DNA from: Nymphaea colorata
Lineage: Eukaryota
Direction of reading: 5' to 3'
DNA: 64,000 nucleotides
Assembly (NCBI RefSeq): GCF_008831285.2
Contig: NC_045138.2
Location: 27,590,001-27,654,000 of the forward strand
Program-made: the position numbers and the translations under genes
Notes under the pieces: generated by a model
Told to the model about the DNA's origin: nothing
Seen by the model: only the letters and a program-made list of their open reading frames with translations
Database searches by the model: none
Part shown: one piece after another, positions 30,380 to 43,755 of the stretch
Layout: each line of letters opens with the position of its first letter
How positions within the stretch are numbered: position 1 is the stretch's first letter

Positions 30380-33300
30380 ATGGCGCAGCAGAGCCCATTG
30401 GACTTGGTCCTCAGGACGTGCGACTCCATGAGCCAGTGCCTTCAGTCGAAAGTGTCCCACATCGTCGACGGAATCCAGCATATCCAGAAGAAGCACGTCC
30501 ACAACGCTAACGAGGCTCAAGTCGGTGGAGCGAAGGCTGTGGGCTTGCCGCCATTTCTCTCGTCTTTCTTCTCATCCGCGACTGCTGCTTTTGGACCTTC
30601 TCCAGCCAAGAAGTCCGGTGGCGACGCTGTTACGGCGGTCCTCCGTAGCTCCACCGCCGATGTTCGATGGGAGAAGGATGGCGCTAAGAATGCCTATCCC
30701 AAGGTTCCTCTCTTTCTCACTCTCTCTGAATTGTTGGTCAGGTCACTGGCAAGTGTGGATGGTTAGTCAAATTTCCGAGGGAACTCTCTTTTCCGGATTC
30801 TTTCGTCTGATTTTATAGGCGAAAGGTTGTGATTATTGGTTCGATTATTTTCTTTGACAAGTTTGGGTGCTTAGTCGTTCTTTGAGGGAATTCGGGGCTA
30901 CCCACCCCTTCTCAAATATTTTTTTTGTTAAATTGTTGGATGCTTGTTGAGTTTTACTTGGAATTCTGACTCCCCACGTCCGCTTTCTTCTCATTTTAGC
31001 ACTCTCGGCCCTTTATCGTTTCGCAATTGATCGTTTACTACTTTAAATTACTGGTTCTGCTGTAACTGCATCCATATGGTTCTCGTTCTATGTTATTATT
31101 TATCTCAGCTTGTGGGGTGGGGAGACTTTATTCTCATTCTATGTTATTCTATGTAAATTACTGGTTCCGCTTTCTTCTCATTTTAACTCTCTCGGCCCTT
31201 TATCGTTTCGAAATTGATCGTTTACTACTTTAAAGTTTAAATTACTGGTTCTGCTGTAACTGCATCCAAATCGTTCTATGTTATTCTTTATCTCGTTCTA
31301 TGTTAGCACTCTCGGCCCTTTTTCTTCTCACACAGTGTTATTTTTGTTCAATAATTCCTTCCGACAGGCTCCGAGACCCTTAACGAAGGAAGAACTTGGA
31401 AGGTGTACATGGACCCTGCTTCATGCAATTGGAGCCCAGGTGCTGACTTTTACCCGTTCCATCCTTCTCTTTTTGTTTCTTTTTCCTGATTTTTTATGGG
31501 TGTTTGTGTTCCCTGATAGACGTGTATTATTGTTGTAACTTAAGAGTTGATATGGTTTTAACATACTTTCACCTTGATGTGTTTGTGAAATCTGTCATTT
31601 CATGTGTATACTGCTACGCCGTCGGGATCATATTCTTATGATTGTGAATGCTAGTTAACAAATACATTTTGTGGATCACAACGTCCCTTTGTTAGAGGAA
31701 TTCATTGACATATGCTCTTGTCTGAACAACTAAGCAAGTTGTATTGAGTTTGTATGATAACAATTGAGTAGATGAAAATGTCTTCACACAAAAGAACCTA
31801 ATTTTGTGTAGTTAACAAGAAAGTTTTGCAACCATTATTTGGTATCACATGAGGCGAGGGATCATTTTCAGTTTCAAGTTACTTTCAACCTGACTGACGA
31901 GCAATATAACACTTAACTGCTAGAAGTTTGGTCCCATATTAAAAATTATGAGAAATTTTCAAGGGAAAGGGATTGGTTAAGTGATTGCTTGTCTTAGTTC
32001 AGAGTCTTTTTTGGGGGTTGAAACCGAAGTTACTAAGGAGCAGGTTAGGATCGGGAGGCTGACCGCAGTGTGGGAGTGTGCTGGTTGTTATAGTGGTACC
32101 AAAACTGGTTTAACGCTCATAGTTGGGGTTCCACATGTGCGCATCATGATGAGAAGTTTCACTCATATTCAAAATTGTGAGAAATCTTCAATGCATTCAA
32201 TTCAATGCATTGTTGGGAGGAATTAGACCAGCTACTTGGTAGGTTGTTTCCCCAGTTGCAGCCAGATGAATTTCATGTTTAGCTGTTTTAATTCAGTTGA
32301 CTGGAAGATGGACTGTGAATCGTGAAATATCTAGCTGGACATGACCTTATGGAATAGGTTTACATGACCTTGGCTTGAAAAAAACCATGTCGATACTTGG
32401 TAGTGCCGACCAACACCTGCATAAAAGGAATGGTACAAGAAAACAAAAAAGAGGAAGGGAATGGTGACAGGCTTTATTCAGCAACTCAAGCAGTTGATGC
32501 TTATATAGGCCCCGGACTGGGTCTCACTGGTGTGTGAACGAACCTGCTCTGACCTGAAACCAACCCCAACTAAACAATGGTACCACTCTGTCAACTCCGT
32601 AGCAGTAATCCTTCTGTAAGAAAATTATGAGTCTTAATGGTTAAGAATCATGTCAGTACCATTCATTTTGGTGGTTTGCAGATTGGTGATGCCATTGTAA
32701 TATGTCTGTTAGCACCAGCTTGATGCAGTTGTGTTGAAGTTGATAATGTCCTGTGGAAGAGATGGTTACAGTCTGCTCTCTGCATAATTGTTGTATATTT
32801 TCTTGGTTCCTTATTTGTTTTTGAGGAAGAAATCTCATTATTCAAGTCTTAGTTCATTCATCATTTTTGTTTAAAAGTTTGATTTTTTATGCCAACCTGG
32901 TGTAGGAATAGGTCAAAGCAGCTGAACCTATTTTGATCTCTGTGCATGTGGTACTTTGGTTGATATTTACTTTCTATTTGTATTTGCTGCTTTCAGTATC
33001 CTGATCATCCAACAAAGCAACAGAAAAGAGATGTCAAAGAGCTGGTAAGTTGTGATACATTGTTTTCCTAGGACTTCTCCATTTCATCCAAATACATGCT
33101 GTTGTGCTTGTCATGTGCAATCTGCTGAAACTGAAAGCTGTTTCATTTAATCATGATGAACATATGTGCACATGATTAATTCGTTGGACCTTTACATGTT
33201 AGTAGATATCTTCCATACAGCTTTGGAAGACCTCCTTCACTGGATTATGTAAGGAGCACTCTCTGAACTCGTGATCTCTTTCACACTGAAGTTTGTAGTC

Positions 33301-33629
33301 CAACCCCAGACAGGTGAATGGAGCTCTTCTTGACAGCTAGGCAAAACTTGATATCATACCATTATTTAGTTGCTGAAGTGTTGAAGTATAGGTATTCTTT
33401 TTGAAGCAGTTCTGAGAAGTGTACACCTACTGAGCTGCCCCTGCTTTAATAGTAGAAGCAATGGTCAAAGTGTATGCTTCAACCTCTTTAGGTTTCCCAG
33501 TCATGGATTCTTAGTTCAAAATTTTTGTATGTTGTGATGGAAGAACTTTTGATAGATGCTCCTCCCTTCTTTTTCCTTGTCCTATGCATCATTAATGTAT
33601 TTCAGAATGACAAGTGTGTCGGTTTGGAA

Positions 33630-33669
<40 letters not shown>

Positions 33670-35844
33670 CGCTCGCTCTTGCTCTTGCTAGTACTGTGCC
33701 CACTCTGACATAGGGCATCAGTTTTCATTTAATATGTTTGCCAAACCTCGTTCCCTCACATCCTCTGTCCGCACAAGAAAACTGATTGTTTTCACTAGTA
33801 CATGTCAAAGTAAATTGATTTAACTTGAGATCTGTATATCCTCATTGTGTTTGTGGCTCAAGTACTTTCATATGGTATACAAACGCTAATGATCCCTGAT
33901 GTATCCTATGGTCCTAGCTTTGACACAAATTGTGAACCTCTTGTTGGGGATCATGTGTGTACACACACACACACACACACACAATTCTTATACATGGGTA
34001 CATCCATATATCTACTTGCACATATGTGTATAGCTAGTATATGTGTACGTAAGATAGTATAAATTGTATATAGGTTGTATTTTATTTTCTGTTACTTGTA
34101 CTTAATGTTTTATGGTGCTTTTTTCTGGTCAATTTTAACATTTTACTAGACTGAGCTAGTCGTCTACAACCAAATGATAGCAATCTAGTCATTGAAGGTA
34201 GCCTAATGGGTAGCTCTGTTGTGTTTTGAGCTATATATGTTGGGGTTCAAATTGTACCTTTTTATGCATATGTGTGGTGTGCCTTGTGCACTTGTGGGTT
34301 TTTTTTTTTTTAACCCTTCTTTGATTGTGCCATCAAACACTGTTATTGTGATTTTTGCAAGGATACCAAGTTTTTTTTTTCTTTTGATTCAGCTGAAGAT
34401 GCTTACAACTGTATCAGGTTTAACCTTTAACCAGGTTGAGCTAGCTGTCTAGCCATTGAGCTAGTTCAGTGGCCAACTTGTGTCTTGAGCTGTATTTATC
34501 AAGGCGTTCAACAACAACCTGCCTGGCCCTGCCCCCACCCCCATCACCCCCTAACACCTTGCCTATGCTTTTCGACACATTGACCTTCAATAAACATTAT
34601 GTTTTTTTATCTGTTTATGTTGTATTCACTCGTCAGTATTTTTCTTACCTTTGTCAGTTTGATGGTGCCTTTGTGTTCATACTGTTATTATGATTGTTGG
34701 CCAAATATTTGCTAAATAATTAAGTTATTTTTTGCTTTATTCTTGTGAAGATAAAAGGCATTTGCACCTGCATTATGTAGTTCTGGTCCGTCTTGCTGGC
34801 GCTAAAACTAAATCCATCATACATGGTATGAGATAGTTGTTGACCTTATGCAATAAAGTAGAACCAAGCATAGACAGAAATATGGGGGTTGATTTTATCT
34901 TCTTTTTTGAGTTACACATTCTCATGTGTTGGGGTCTCCTGTTGAAGACAAAGTTGCAGTTCCTTGCGTCTGTGCTTAAATTCTTGCCTGGCCATGTGAA
35001 AAACTGATCTCCAGGTTGTACTAGTTCTTAATAGATGTGCCTAGGTCATGGGTGATTTTTCTTAATGCATCAATCTCTTTCCTTTATGATTTGCAATAAA
35101 ATGCTCAATGACATTCTTCCAGACTGAACTCAATGCAATTGCTTACCACCATTCCATTGGACAATGGGGCAACCTGTAATCTTATTCCTGCTGTCTGCTG
35201 AACATTGCATTTGTGAAGTTCCCTTTGTTGTTTAGGTTTAGATATCGCCTCCTGCATGAGTGCAACTATTAGTGAACCAATCGAGTTTTTGTGTCTGCAG
35301 ATGGCAATATTATCTCGATTACACCCTTGCAAGGATTGTGCAGATCATTTCAAGGAAGTTCTCAAGTAATTCATCTTATCATAAATTAATCTTTCTGTAG
35401 ATGGTCATATAGTTATATCTATACTCAAACTGTTTTATTTGTACATGGAAGTTAAATGTGCTATCTTGGGTCCATGGTGTCCAAGAATTGACAAAAACAT
35501 ACTTTCTGTTTCGTGCTTTCTGTTCATCAGGGCAAATCCTGTGCAGGCTGGTTCACAAGCTGAACTCTCACTGTGGTTGTGTCATGTACACAATGTCGTT
35601 AACAGAAGGTAAAGGTGGTAACAAGCTGAAATCCACTAGGCCTGTTACACAGCCGCTAGTTTTTGTCATTCATAATTATGCTTGGACGTTTATTTGGTTA
35701 ACCTGGTTCTATTTCATACTTGTCTCCATTTACAGCATTGGGAAGCCCGTCTTTCCATGCAACCGGTTAGAAGCAAGGTGGGGAAAGCTGGAATGCGAGG
35801 ACCGTCTATGTGATGTGCAGGTCTTAACTCCAAACCTTAAGTGA
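30380..35844 (+). CDS. ERV1: FAD-linked sulfhydryl oxidase ERV1 (mitochondrial intermembrane-space disulfide relay), 231 aa, 6 exons
   Basis: Exons 30380-30703, 31368-31439, 32997-33044, 35301-35365, 35531-35608, 35736-35844; 696 nt in frame. Motifs ELGRCTWTLLH, active-site PCKDCADHF (CxxC), WLCHVHNVVNRSIGK and plant-type C-terminal shuttle CEDRLC (CX4C). Confidence 0.95.
30980..31330. repeat. ~115-bp direct duplication with partial third copy in ERV1 intron 1
   Basis: CCGCTTTCTTCTCATTTTA..CTCTCGGCCCTTTATCGTTTCG.AATTGATCGTTTACTACTTTAAA..TTACTGGTTCTGCTGTAACTGCATCCA at ~30980 and ~31167; GCACTCTCGGCCCTT recurs at ~31306. Confidence 0.85.
33633..33666. repeat. (TC)n microsatellite in ERV1 intron 3
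   Basis: Visible TC run; an (AC)n run also lies at 33961-33983. Confidence 0.9.
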
Positions 35845-38579
35845 CCGTCGGTTTGTTTGGAGTCAACTTTGGACACGACTGCATGTATGTCTGATCTAGG
35901 AGTCCTTAATTTGTTGCTCGTTCCTTTTTGTGGTATTGTAGCTGAATATAAACTTCATTATGCATCAGATATATGTTAACTTCATTACCATGACCAATCA
36001 TTGTACATTAATCATGCAGTCACATTGTAGTCAATTAAATACATTCTTTTTGCAAGAAGTGAAAGGTTATGATGTGCAAGGCTTGGATCATGTCCGCCTT
36101 GAGAACTAACTGCAGGTCTTCTCTTCCTGTGGGAACTATTGCTTTTCTGGACTAGTTATGAGGCAGCGCAGAAGGTGCATGCTTGCCATGTTCTGCTCTT
36201 GCTGCTCACATCTTGAGTAAAATTCTAGGGTGTCCTTTTAGAGTCCACCACCCCCCACCCCCCACCCAAATCCCTTCTTTTACTGTTTGGACTTTATGTC
36301 ATAGGGCACACACGCGGGCTGTTGAGCTTACCCTAGACCTGTGGATAATTAACTGCCTCAGTTTTCGTGCGGTTACCTTCGATGGAAGTTGTTGAAAGGA
36401 CTTTACCTTTTCTGTATCACCTAACGCTTGCTAACTCTTGAAAGTTTTACTTTCAACCTTGTTTGTTTGAACAATCGAGCTGTTTTTAGGTGTCTTATCA
36501 TTGTTGTAGCTGCCAAAGGAAACTAAGTTACTGTCATGTGGTTCGGTTCTATGGACATCAGTCTTTTTGAGTAAGTCGAAGCTGTAAGTGTCCAATCTGG
36601 AGTCAGAAAGTTGTTGGCCACTGTTCTCAAGAGATTTGATGGTTGGATTTTCCTTAAAAATTTCCTACTCGTTCATGAACGCAAAAGCTGCTCATGGGGG
36701 GGTGTTTTTATTTATTTTCTTGAAAAATGCGAACGTTAATTATATGGCCATGGACCAGAAGCAAATTAACCAAATTATTCTTCATCAAGTATATCATTTG
36801 ATGCTCTACCCAGTTCAGTGCTATTAAATGTGGGGGAACTTTTTAGATTCCACATAAGATCCATCAGAAAGAAAATAGAGAAGGAAGGAAAAGGAGGTCC
36901 ACATGACTGTACAGGCAGAGAAATATCTTCAAAGTCGTGTGGATGTTGGATTGCTTAAAATATTAGGGTGGGGCCATCATATTATAGCTAATGAAGGAGG
37001 GCCATTATAGGGACGTCGGCAGCAGGCAGGAGGTGTAACTCAAACATTATTAAAAAATTCAAGAATTCTTGATTCTTGGTGTAGACTATATTTCCATATT
37101 TCATTCCAATTACCAAATTTCAGTAAATATCAATTCCATGCCTATTCTTTTGCAAAAATTGTCAAATAAGCACCTTTTAGCGATAACAATCCCTTGGTTT
37201 TCTCTTTATCATTTCCGAGGACAGCAAATCCTTGTACGTTTTGCTGCCTAAGCTGCGTTTAGTGAAACTTCATGTCGTATGTCATAAAGAAGAAAACTTC
37301 CTTGAGTTTTTCTCCCCTTTTGTCCTCGATTTCATTATCCCGACCACTTGTATCAGGAATTTTTAAAAAGAGAGTTCCATTACAGAAGGTCATTTTTATG
37401 ATTATGTGATAATATAAACATCGACAGCAGACACCGTTTTAATGGAGTGAACATTACTAAGAAAACAAAACCCATGCACATACTGTAAGGTTGTTATTGT
37501 GGGTAGGCCCTGCCTAGTTTAGTTCTTATAGTTCACACTCCTCAAAGCTAATACTATTATGTTAGCAGCTTACTAGAGAGTAAGCAGTACTCCCTATAAG
37601 TTGTACTTTCGAGCGAGTCGAGTTTGACTCACGTCTTAAAGAAGGTCGAGGCTCGCACCCAACATATAAGAATACAAAGTCATGATAACAGCTCCCTCAC
37701 CATGGGATGCAAAACTTTCGACTTAAAAGGCCAAGAATTCAATACTTGAGGTGGTTCTCTTTCTGCATAGTCTATCTGGTGTAAAAGAGAAAGAAAACGA
37801 AAACTGTATAAATTAGGAGTCCAAAAGGTTGGCATCGTGGGTAGGGAAAGGGCTTTTCTTATTAGTCACACATTAGATCCTTCAGAAGAGATAGCTATGG
37901 GGCCTTGGAAATATATCTTTTCATATATGTGAGAAACAAAATGTGATGAAATGAAGGAAATGAATAAACGAGCCACTCATGATTGATGAGCTTCATTTAT
38001 TTATATGTTGTTTTTGGTGGATTAGACTAAGCTTTTCTGGACTTGGAAATGTTCATACATGGCAGTATACACTTAATAAAAACAAATATCCTGCCTTATT
38101 AAGTGAGTGGGATTTCTATGGCCAAAATTAAGCGTTGAGGAGAATATGGCCCATATATTGGACATGGTTTTAGGATCCAGTGCGGAGCTTTTTTCACATT
38201 TGTGTTCTATATGATTTGGTTAAGGCCTTCAAAATTTCTTTTACAATTATTTTAGTCATTAACCTAGTGTCGGTATTGAAAAGCCAAATTACATGTACGT
38301 CCCTCTCGGGCCGGGCCTTATTCAATACTGGGGAATATGGGACCCCATTTCTTTATCTCCCCAACTGCCAAGGTGGACATGGATCCACAACGACACACAT
38401 CAGGACCAAGTAACTTAGATCCAGTTATTACCATCAACAGATGTGGACCGGATAAATGCAGATCCAAGTTGGGGTAGCCTGAGAACCGATACTCGCGCGT
38501 GTTGATGTTTGGATTATAGTAAGACTCATATTTGGATTTAGATCTGGATCGCTAATCGGGCCAAGGGCATTCCTGGATG

Positions 38580-38830
38580 ACCATTTTCGTCCACGAAGGC
38601 AAAGCTGCAAACGTTCGGTGGGGGCCACGCGAGAACCTCACGTATCTCACATGCGAATAAAATGTCCTCAACGGGACCCACGCGATGCGAACGGGGTGAT
38701 GAGATCGGACGGTGGCGATTGCTCAGCTGCGGGGTCAAGGTGGGTCCCATTCCGCCACGTGGCAAGAAAAAGAGGATGTCAGCTTCAGAGCGGCCACGTG
38801 TGCTCGAGCCCCTCCACGTCCACCGACGGC
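38580..38830. promoter_or_regulatory. Orphan CpG-rich cluster of G-box and TCP-type motifs (candidate distal enhancer)
   Basis: GCCACGTGGC (38754-38763), CACGTG (38795-38800), GGGACCCAC (38673-38681), GTGGGTCCCA (38740-38749) and GGGGCCAC (38621-38628), with many CpGs in otherwise AT-rich intergenic DNA. Confidence 0.45.
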
Positions 38831-41367
38831 TTAACTCCCCACCTCTTTGCAAGTCTTAACTCGGGTTTGAGGTTAGAGAGAGAATAAATTGTGAAGTGAC
38901 GAAAATGCCCATGAAATGTATGATGGCTGCTAAGTAATCGAGATAAATTTGAGACAGAATGAACACTATGCACTAGTGCTACACTTTAGAAAGATGGTGG
39001 CTCAGTCCTCATATAGACCCATCGAAACTCATACTTCTCTTGAACATGTATGCATTAGGATTGTTTGTTTAAAGATTAAAGCACATCTATTAAATAATTA
39101 GTGTTTTATGAATATGCTTCGATCTTTGGGAGGGGTATGCAGGGCATTGTTGTTAGTATTCTTGTTGCCAAATGTTTTCGTATAGGTTGTTTGACAAATG
39201 AAACACTTTTTGAATGTTTTATGAATCTGCTTCACACATTGAGTTAGATTCATGGATACTTAGTTATAGTGTTTCATGAAATTGCTCCAAACTTTTGATA
39301 GATTCATACCCTTCAGTAATCATCTCGACTATTGATTTAGTTTACATGGACACTTTGGAGGAAAAAAAAGAGAAAAATAAGATGAGACATCTCGATTGTT
39401 TAATATATCAATTTTCAACTTTTTTTTTTCTTTCAATTATCAATATAGAAAGAAATTAAAAACCAAGTTTATTCCTAATGGGTTTAGTACCCAAAGGGTC
39501 ATTAGACCATAATAACAATATGCATTAAAGATTAGGACACATTCATGAATAATATATTTCATGGGCATGTTTTTTTCTATTACCAAACAGCTCTTAAGAG
39601 TATTGCATCTAAGAGGGAGAAGTGTAGTGTGTATTGCATGTTTGTTGCTACTTGATTGAAGATCATTGCACTTGTTACTTTTACTTTCTTCCTTTACCAT
39701 GTAATTGGCACATGCAGCAGCGAAGTTCTTAGCTTTCATGCATATCATGATCGAAACCATGGACGCAAGTTACTTCAAATGCATGTAAAATATCAAATTA
39801 AATATGCCTTATTCAATGCATGCTATTGACTAGATAACTAATATAAAAGCAAGCATGTGTTTTGATTTTTTTTTTTTTTTTTAAAGAAGACTAGCCATAG
39901 TGTAGAAGCCACATATTTCTCTCTATATATAAAAATGGTATAAAATCCACCAGGATTAAGAGTGCTGATGTCAATGATGATAAATAAGAGAATACTAAAG
40001 ATTTAAGATGCATAATTTCTCCATTTTGACATTTGTAGTCATTGTCGTAGCATCTTATTTTGTTGCGGCAGATTGTATAGACCTGTATTAAATCAAGAAC
40101 CAGAGGTATTGGTAAAAGGGCTGAACGGTCCACGGTGGAAATAGTAATTACTATGGCTTTGTAAGTTGCAGCAATCATTCCTTTTCAAACTCCCGTTTAG
40201 GCGAAGGAGTAATTTCACCAAGAAGAATTTTCACTGTTTGGATAATCCGCAATTCTCATCTGGTGAAGAAAAAAGAGAGGACACACAAAGACTAAAAAAG
40301 TAGATAAAAAGTCTAGAGAGAGAGAGAGAGTACATTCAAAAGGTCTAAGAAATGATCAAGATGTGACAACATTTGCTTAATAATTAGGCTAAAGAGATCT
40401 AAGTTCAACATCATTGACATAGCACAAAAAAGAAAGAGAATAGAACTCGAGGCAGGTAAATGTGATCAAGTTTTCTAGAGAAGCAGTACACATTCACAAA
40501 AAAAAAAGATAAAGGAATTCTCGAGATCTGTGATACCATTTGCTCATCGATTAGGTTGAAGGAGAAGAGATAGATTCTCGATTTCATAGGGTGGTATTCA
40601 TTCCCCTAACTAATGTTAACATTTAGAATATTATTATGTCCACCTAATGTAGATGAAGTGTATGGGATGCCACCAATTACCTACCAACTTGGAGTTTGCT
40701 GTCTAACAAGTCATCTCACTTTTAAATTTAGAACTCAAAAAGAACAAGATGGGTTGTTGTTCTTGAATATGAAAGTGCATCTATATTCTATACAAAAGGT
40801 CTTCTTTGTAGCTGTTAGTTAAGTTGTTATCATCTTATTCTATTTAAAATGAATCCTTTTGATCGTGGAATATGAAGTTGTTCTAACAGCTCTTCTTGTT
40901 CATCCTCAGTCTGGACTGGAATCGAGGTGTCTGCTATGGAGAAGGTATGCAGACATATAATGGAACTTGTATAATATTAGTGGAGTTTCTTAGCTTGGAA
41001 TCTTAGTGATACTTGCTTCATGAAGACAATGATTAAGGGCTCAGCTTTTGTGACTACGAACATCCATGCACTACACTAATATTATACAAGTTCATATTCA
41101 GATTTACACCAATTACCTACGAAATATACACTTATATTTGGTAGAGAGACGAAAAAAGAGAAAGGAAAGTTGTGCCCTATAAGTGGATCTTGGATTTGAA
41201 TTTGGGGTTTTTGCCACTTAAGTGGATCTAACCAGATTTATATATTTTACCCAAAGGCCGCCGCAGATACTGGACGATAATTCAGATCATATAAGAAACG
41301 ATCTCATCAAAAAAGGATCTTAAGCAACCCTATTAGAACCAAGAGAAACTCACCTTTGACGTTGAAT

Positions 41368-41747
41368 TAGGGATATCAACGGATCGGATTTAAATCAGAT
41401 ATATCTTGAACCATATCTATTTGCCTGGATGTTCATATATTCGAATACAAAGAAAGAAAAGATATATATAAACCCAAATCTGAAATTGGATTTGACAATC
41501 TGAATCTAATTTTTATATTCATGTCTGAGTCTGAATCCAAATTTTGAACTGAGTCCGGCCGATCTTCAAAATGTATAAGCATTGGATATGGGATATTTAT
41601 GTATATTTGAATCAGATCAGATGTTATTTTTAAAATCTAAATCCGATCCGATTTCTTGACCAGATGTTAACTTTTTTTTTCGTATCCAATTTTTTTGGAA
41701 CGATTCGGCCAGACATCCAGTCCAAATCATATATATCGACATCCCTA
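41368..41747. mobile_element. hAT-type MITE, copy 1 (~380 bp)
   Basis: TIRs TAGGGATATCAA / TCGACATCCCTA; interior rich in ATCCG/CGGAT motifs; same architecture as 43373-43755 and 60712-61096. TSD not recognisable. Confidence 0.7.
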
Positions 41748-43372
41748 CATAGCCTTCTTAGCGGCAGTTGGTGGAGCCTGGAGAACCAAACCAAGATCAT
41801 ATATGAATCGGACCCATTTGGAATCGTCGTTACGAGTAGGTGCACCTGCCAAGCGATCCACTATACAAAATTCCAACCCAAAACATGGCATTTAGTAGAA
41901 TTTCCGCATTTGAATGGGTCCTATCTGAAAATTACACCAAACGTCACAATAAGTGGTTGTGATAAGATACAAGTCAATCTTCAAGCATTTTTCTGCATAG
42001 AAAATAAGAAAAATAGTCGACCCTATTAGTTAGGGTTATCGGTCCATTCAAGTGTTCTAGAAACAATAGTTTTGCCCAAAGAAAACGTGTTTGCTTCTTC
42101 TCTCCGTTGTCCTTCCGCGGTCAAGTTGGTGAAAGATTGAACAAAGACGACCTTAGCATGTAGAACCTTTAACAACCCCCTAAAGCTCAAGTGACATGAG
42201 AACTAGTTTCATACGAACTGCAGTCTGACTTTTATTCTTAGTTTTAGTATTCCGGCGTAACGTAGCTGGTCGGGCAGGAGGAGGAGCTGATCGGGTGCCT
42301 TTCTTCTCCGATTTCATGGGCGCTGCCCTCAACATTGTGAGTTGGGTTGAGAGAGACGTGGGCGATTGACTGCCCACGCCAGCTCCTAAAATCTTGCATT
42401 GTGATTAAGTTGGACTTAGGTTCAGCCCTATGTGGTGCCCACACCAGACCTAAGTCAGTGCCCTGCAATCATTTATTCTCTTAAGCAAGAGATCAATTAG
42501 TGACTTTCTGGCTCTGTCACTGGATGGTTGCCCCCTTTCTCTCTCATTGACATGTTTTTTTACATTGTAAAGTGCAAAAAACATTAACAAAAAACAATTT
42601 ATTGCTAAAAACTCATACCATCTTTCCATTATTAACCACTAATTTCAGAATTTTATATGAGAAAAGAGCATTAATGATCCTGCAAGTGAAGTAATTTAGT
42701 TAAGCATGCTCAAGCTAAAACAAGGCTAAGAGTTGGATACCCATGTCAACTCAAGTCCCTTTGGGCATGGAAAAAGTAAGTTTGTTTGCTTCTAGTGCCG
42801 ACAAATGTCCGTCACGTCCATAAGATTACTGGAATCAATAATCTTAGATTAATCTTAATTATGGGCCAATTGGTGTTGTTTAATCTTGGGCACACTACTT
42901 TTTTTGTGGGTCCTTGAACCATCTTTTTCAATATCAACATCTCTCAACAGGGAGTAAGACATGAGTTTGCTGTGAGGCTGCTTTCAAGAGAGTGCCCTCC
43001 TGCTAGGGCTGTAGTAGAAGTCAAGCATCATGGTTTAAAGTTGTGATTTAGGTTAGAATTGACAAAGATCTCTTGTACCATTGCTTATTAATCACGATTA
43101 ATTAATCTTCGATTGCGATCTCATTAAGCGCTTTGGTCCTTGGAGGGTTCCTTTCTCATGAAAAATGAATGAAGGCTGAGTAGTTGTTGTCACCCACATG
43201 GCCGGTTGTTGTGAGCTCATCCCCATCTATGTCGCTTAGTAGTCCTGTTTGGGAAAGCACCATGCTCTGGATATTCTTTCGTGGATCCAAATCTGCAATC
43301 AAAGGAGGTGTGGCATTTAGGTGCCGACGGATCATGATTACCAATCTGCATCTGAATGCATATGGCCGCATC

Positions 43373-43755
43373 GAGGGATGTTAACGGATCAGATATATCC
43401 TTAATCATATCCGTTTTTTAGGGTACTAACATATTCAGATTCGAATTTGAATAAAGAAAAGTTGTATCGGAATCTGAATCCAAACTCCAATTTTACAATC
43501 CAAATCTGATTTTTATATTTATATCTGAATTCAAATCCGAATTTTGAACCAGATTTTGCCAATTTAGATGTGTGATATTTATCTAAAAGTTAATCTGGTC
43601 TATATATGTATTCGAATCCAGTTGGATAATTATGTATATTCGAATCCGATCGGATGCCATTTGTTAAATCTGAGTCCGATTCAATTTCTTAATTGGATAT
43701 TATTTTTTTTTTTCCATATCCAACTTTTTCTGAACCGGATATATTGGCATCCCTA
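43373..43755. mobile_element. hAT-type MITE, copy 2 (~383 bp)
   Basis: TIRs GAGGGATGTTAA / TTGGCATCCCTA (Ac/Ds-like TAGGGATG end); 8-bp TSD GCCGCATC (43365-43372) and GCCACATC (43756-43763). Confidence 0.8.

Noticed and set aside
30454..30464. GTCCCACATCG, an exact match to the plant snRNA upstream sequence element
   Set aside because: It lies in ERV1 coding exon 1 (KVSHIV), with no correctly spaced TATA or snRNA body downstream.
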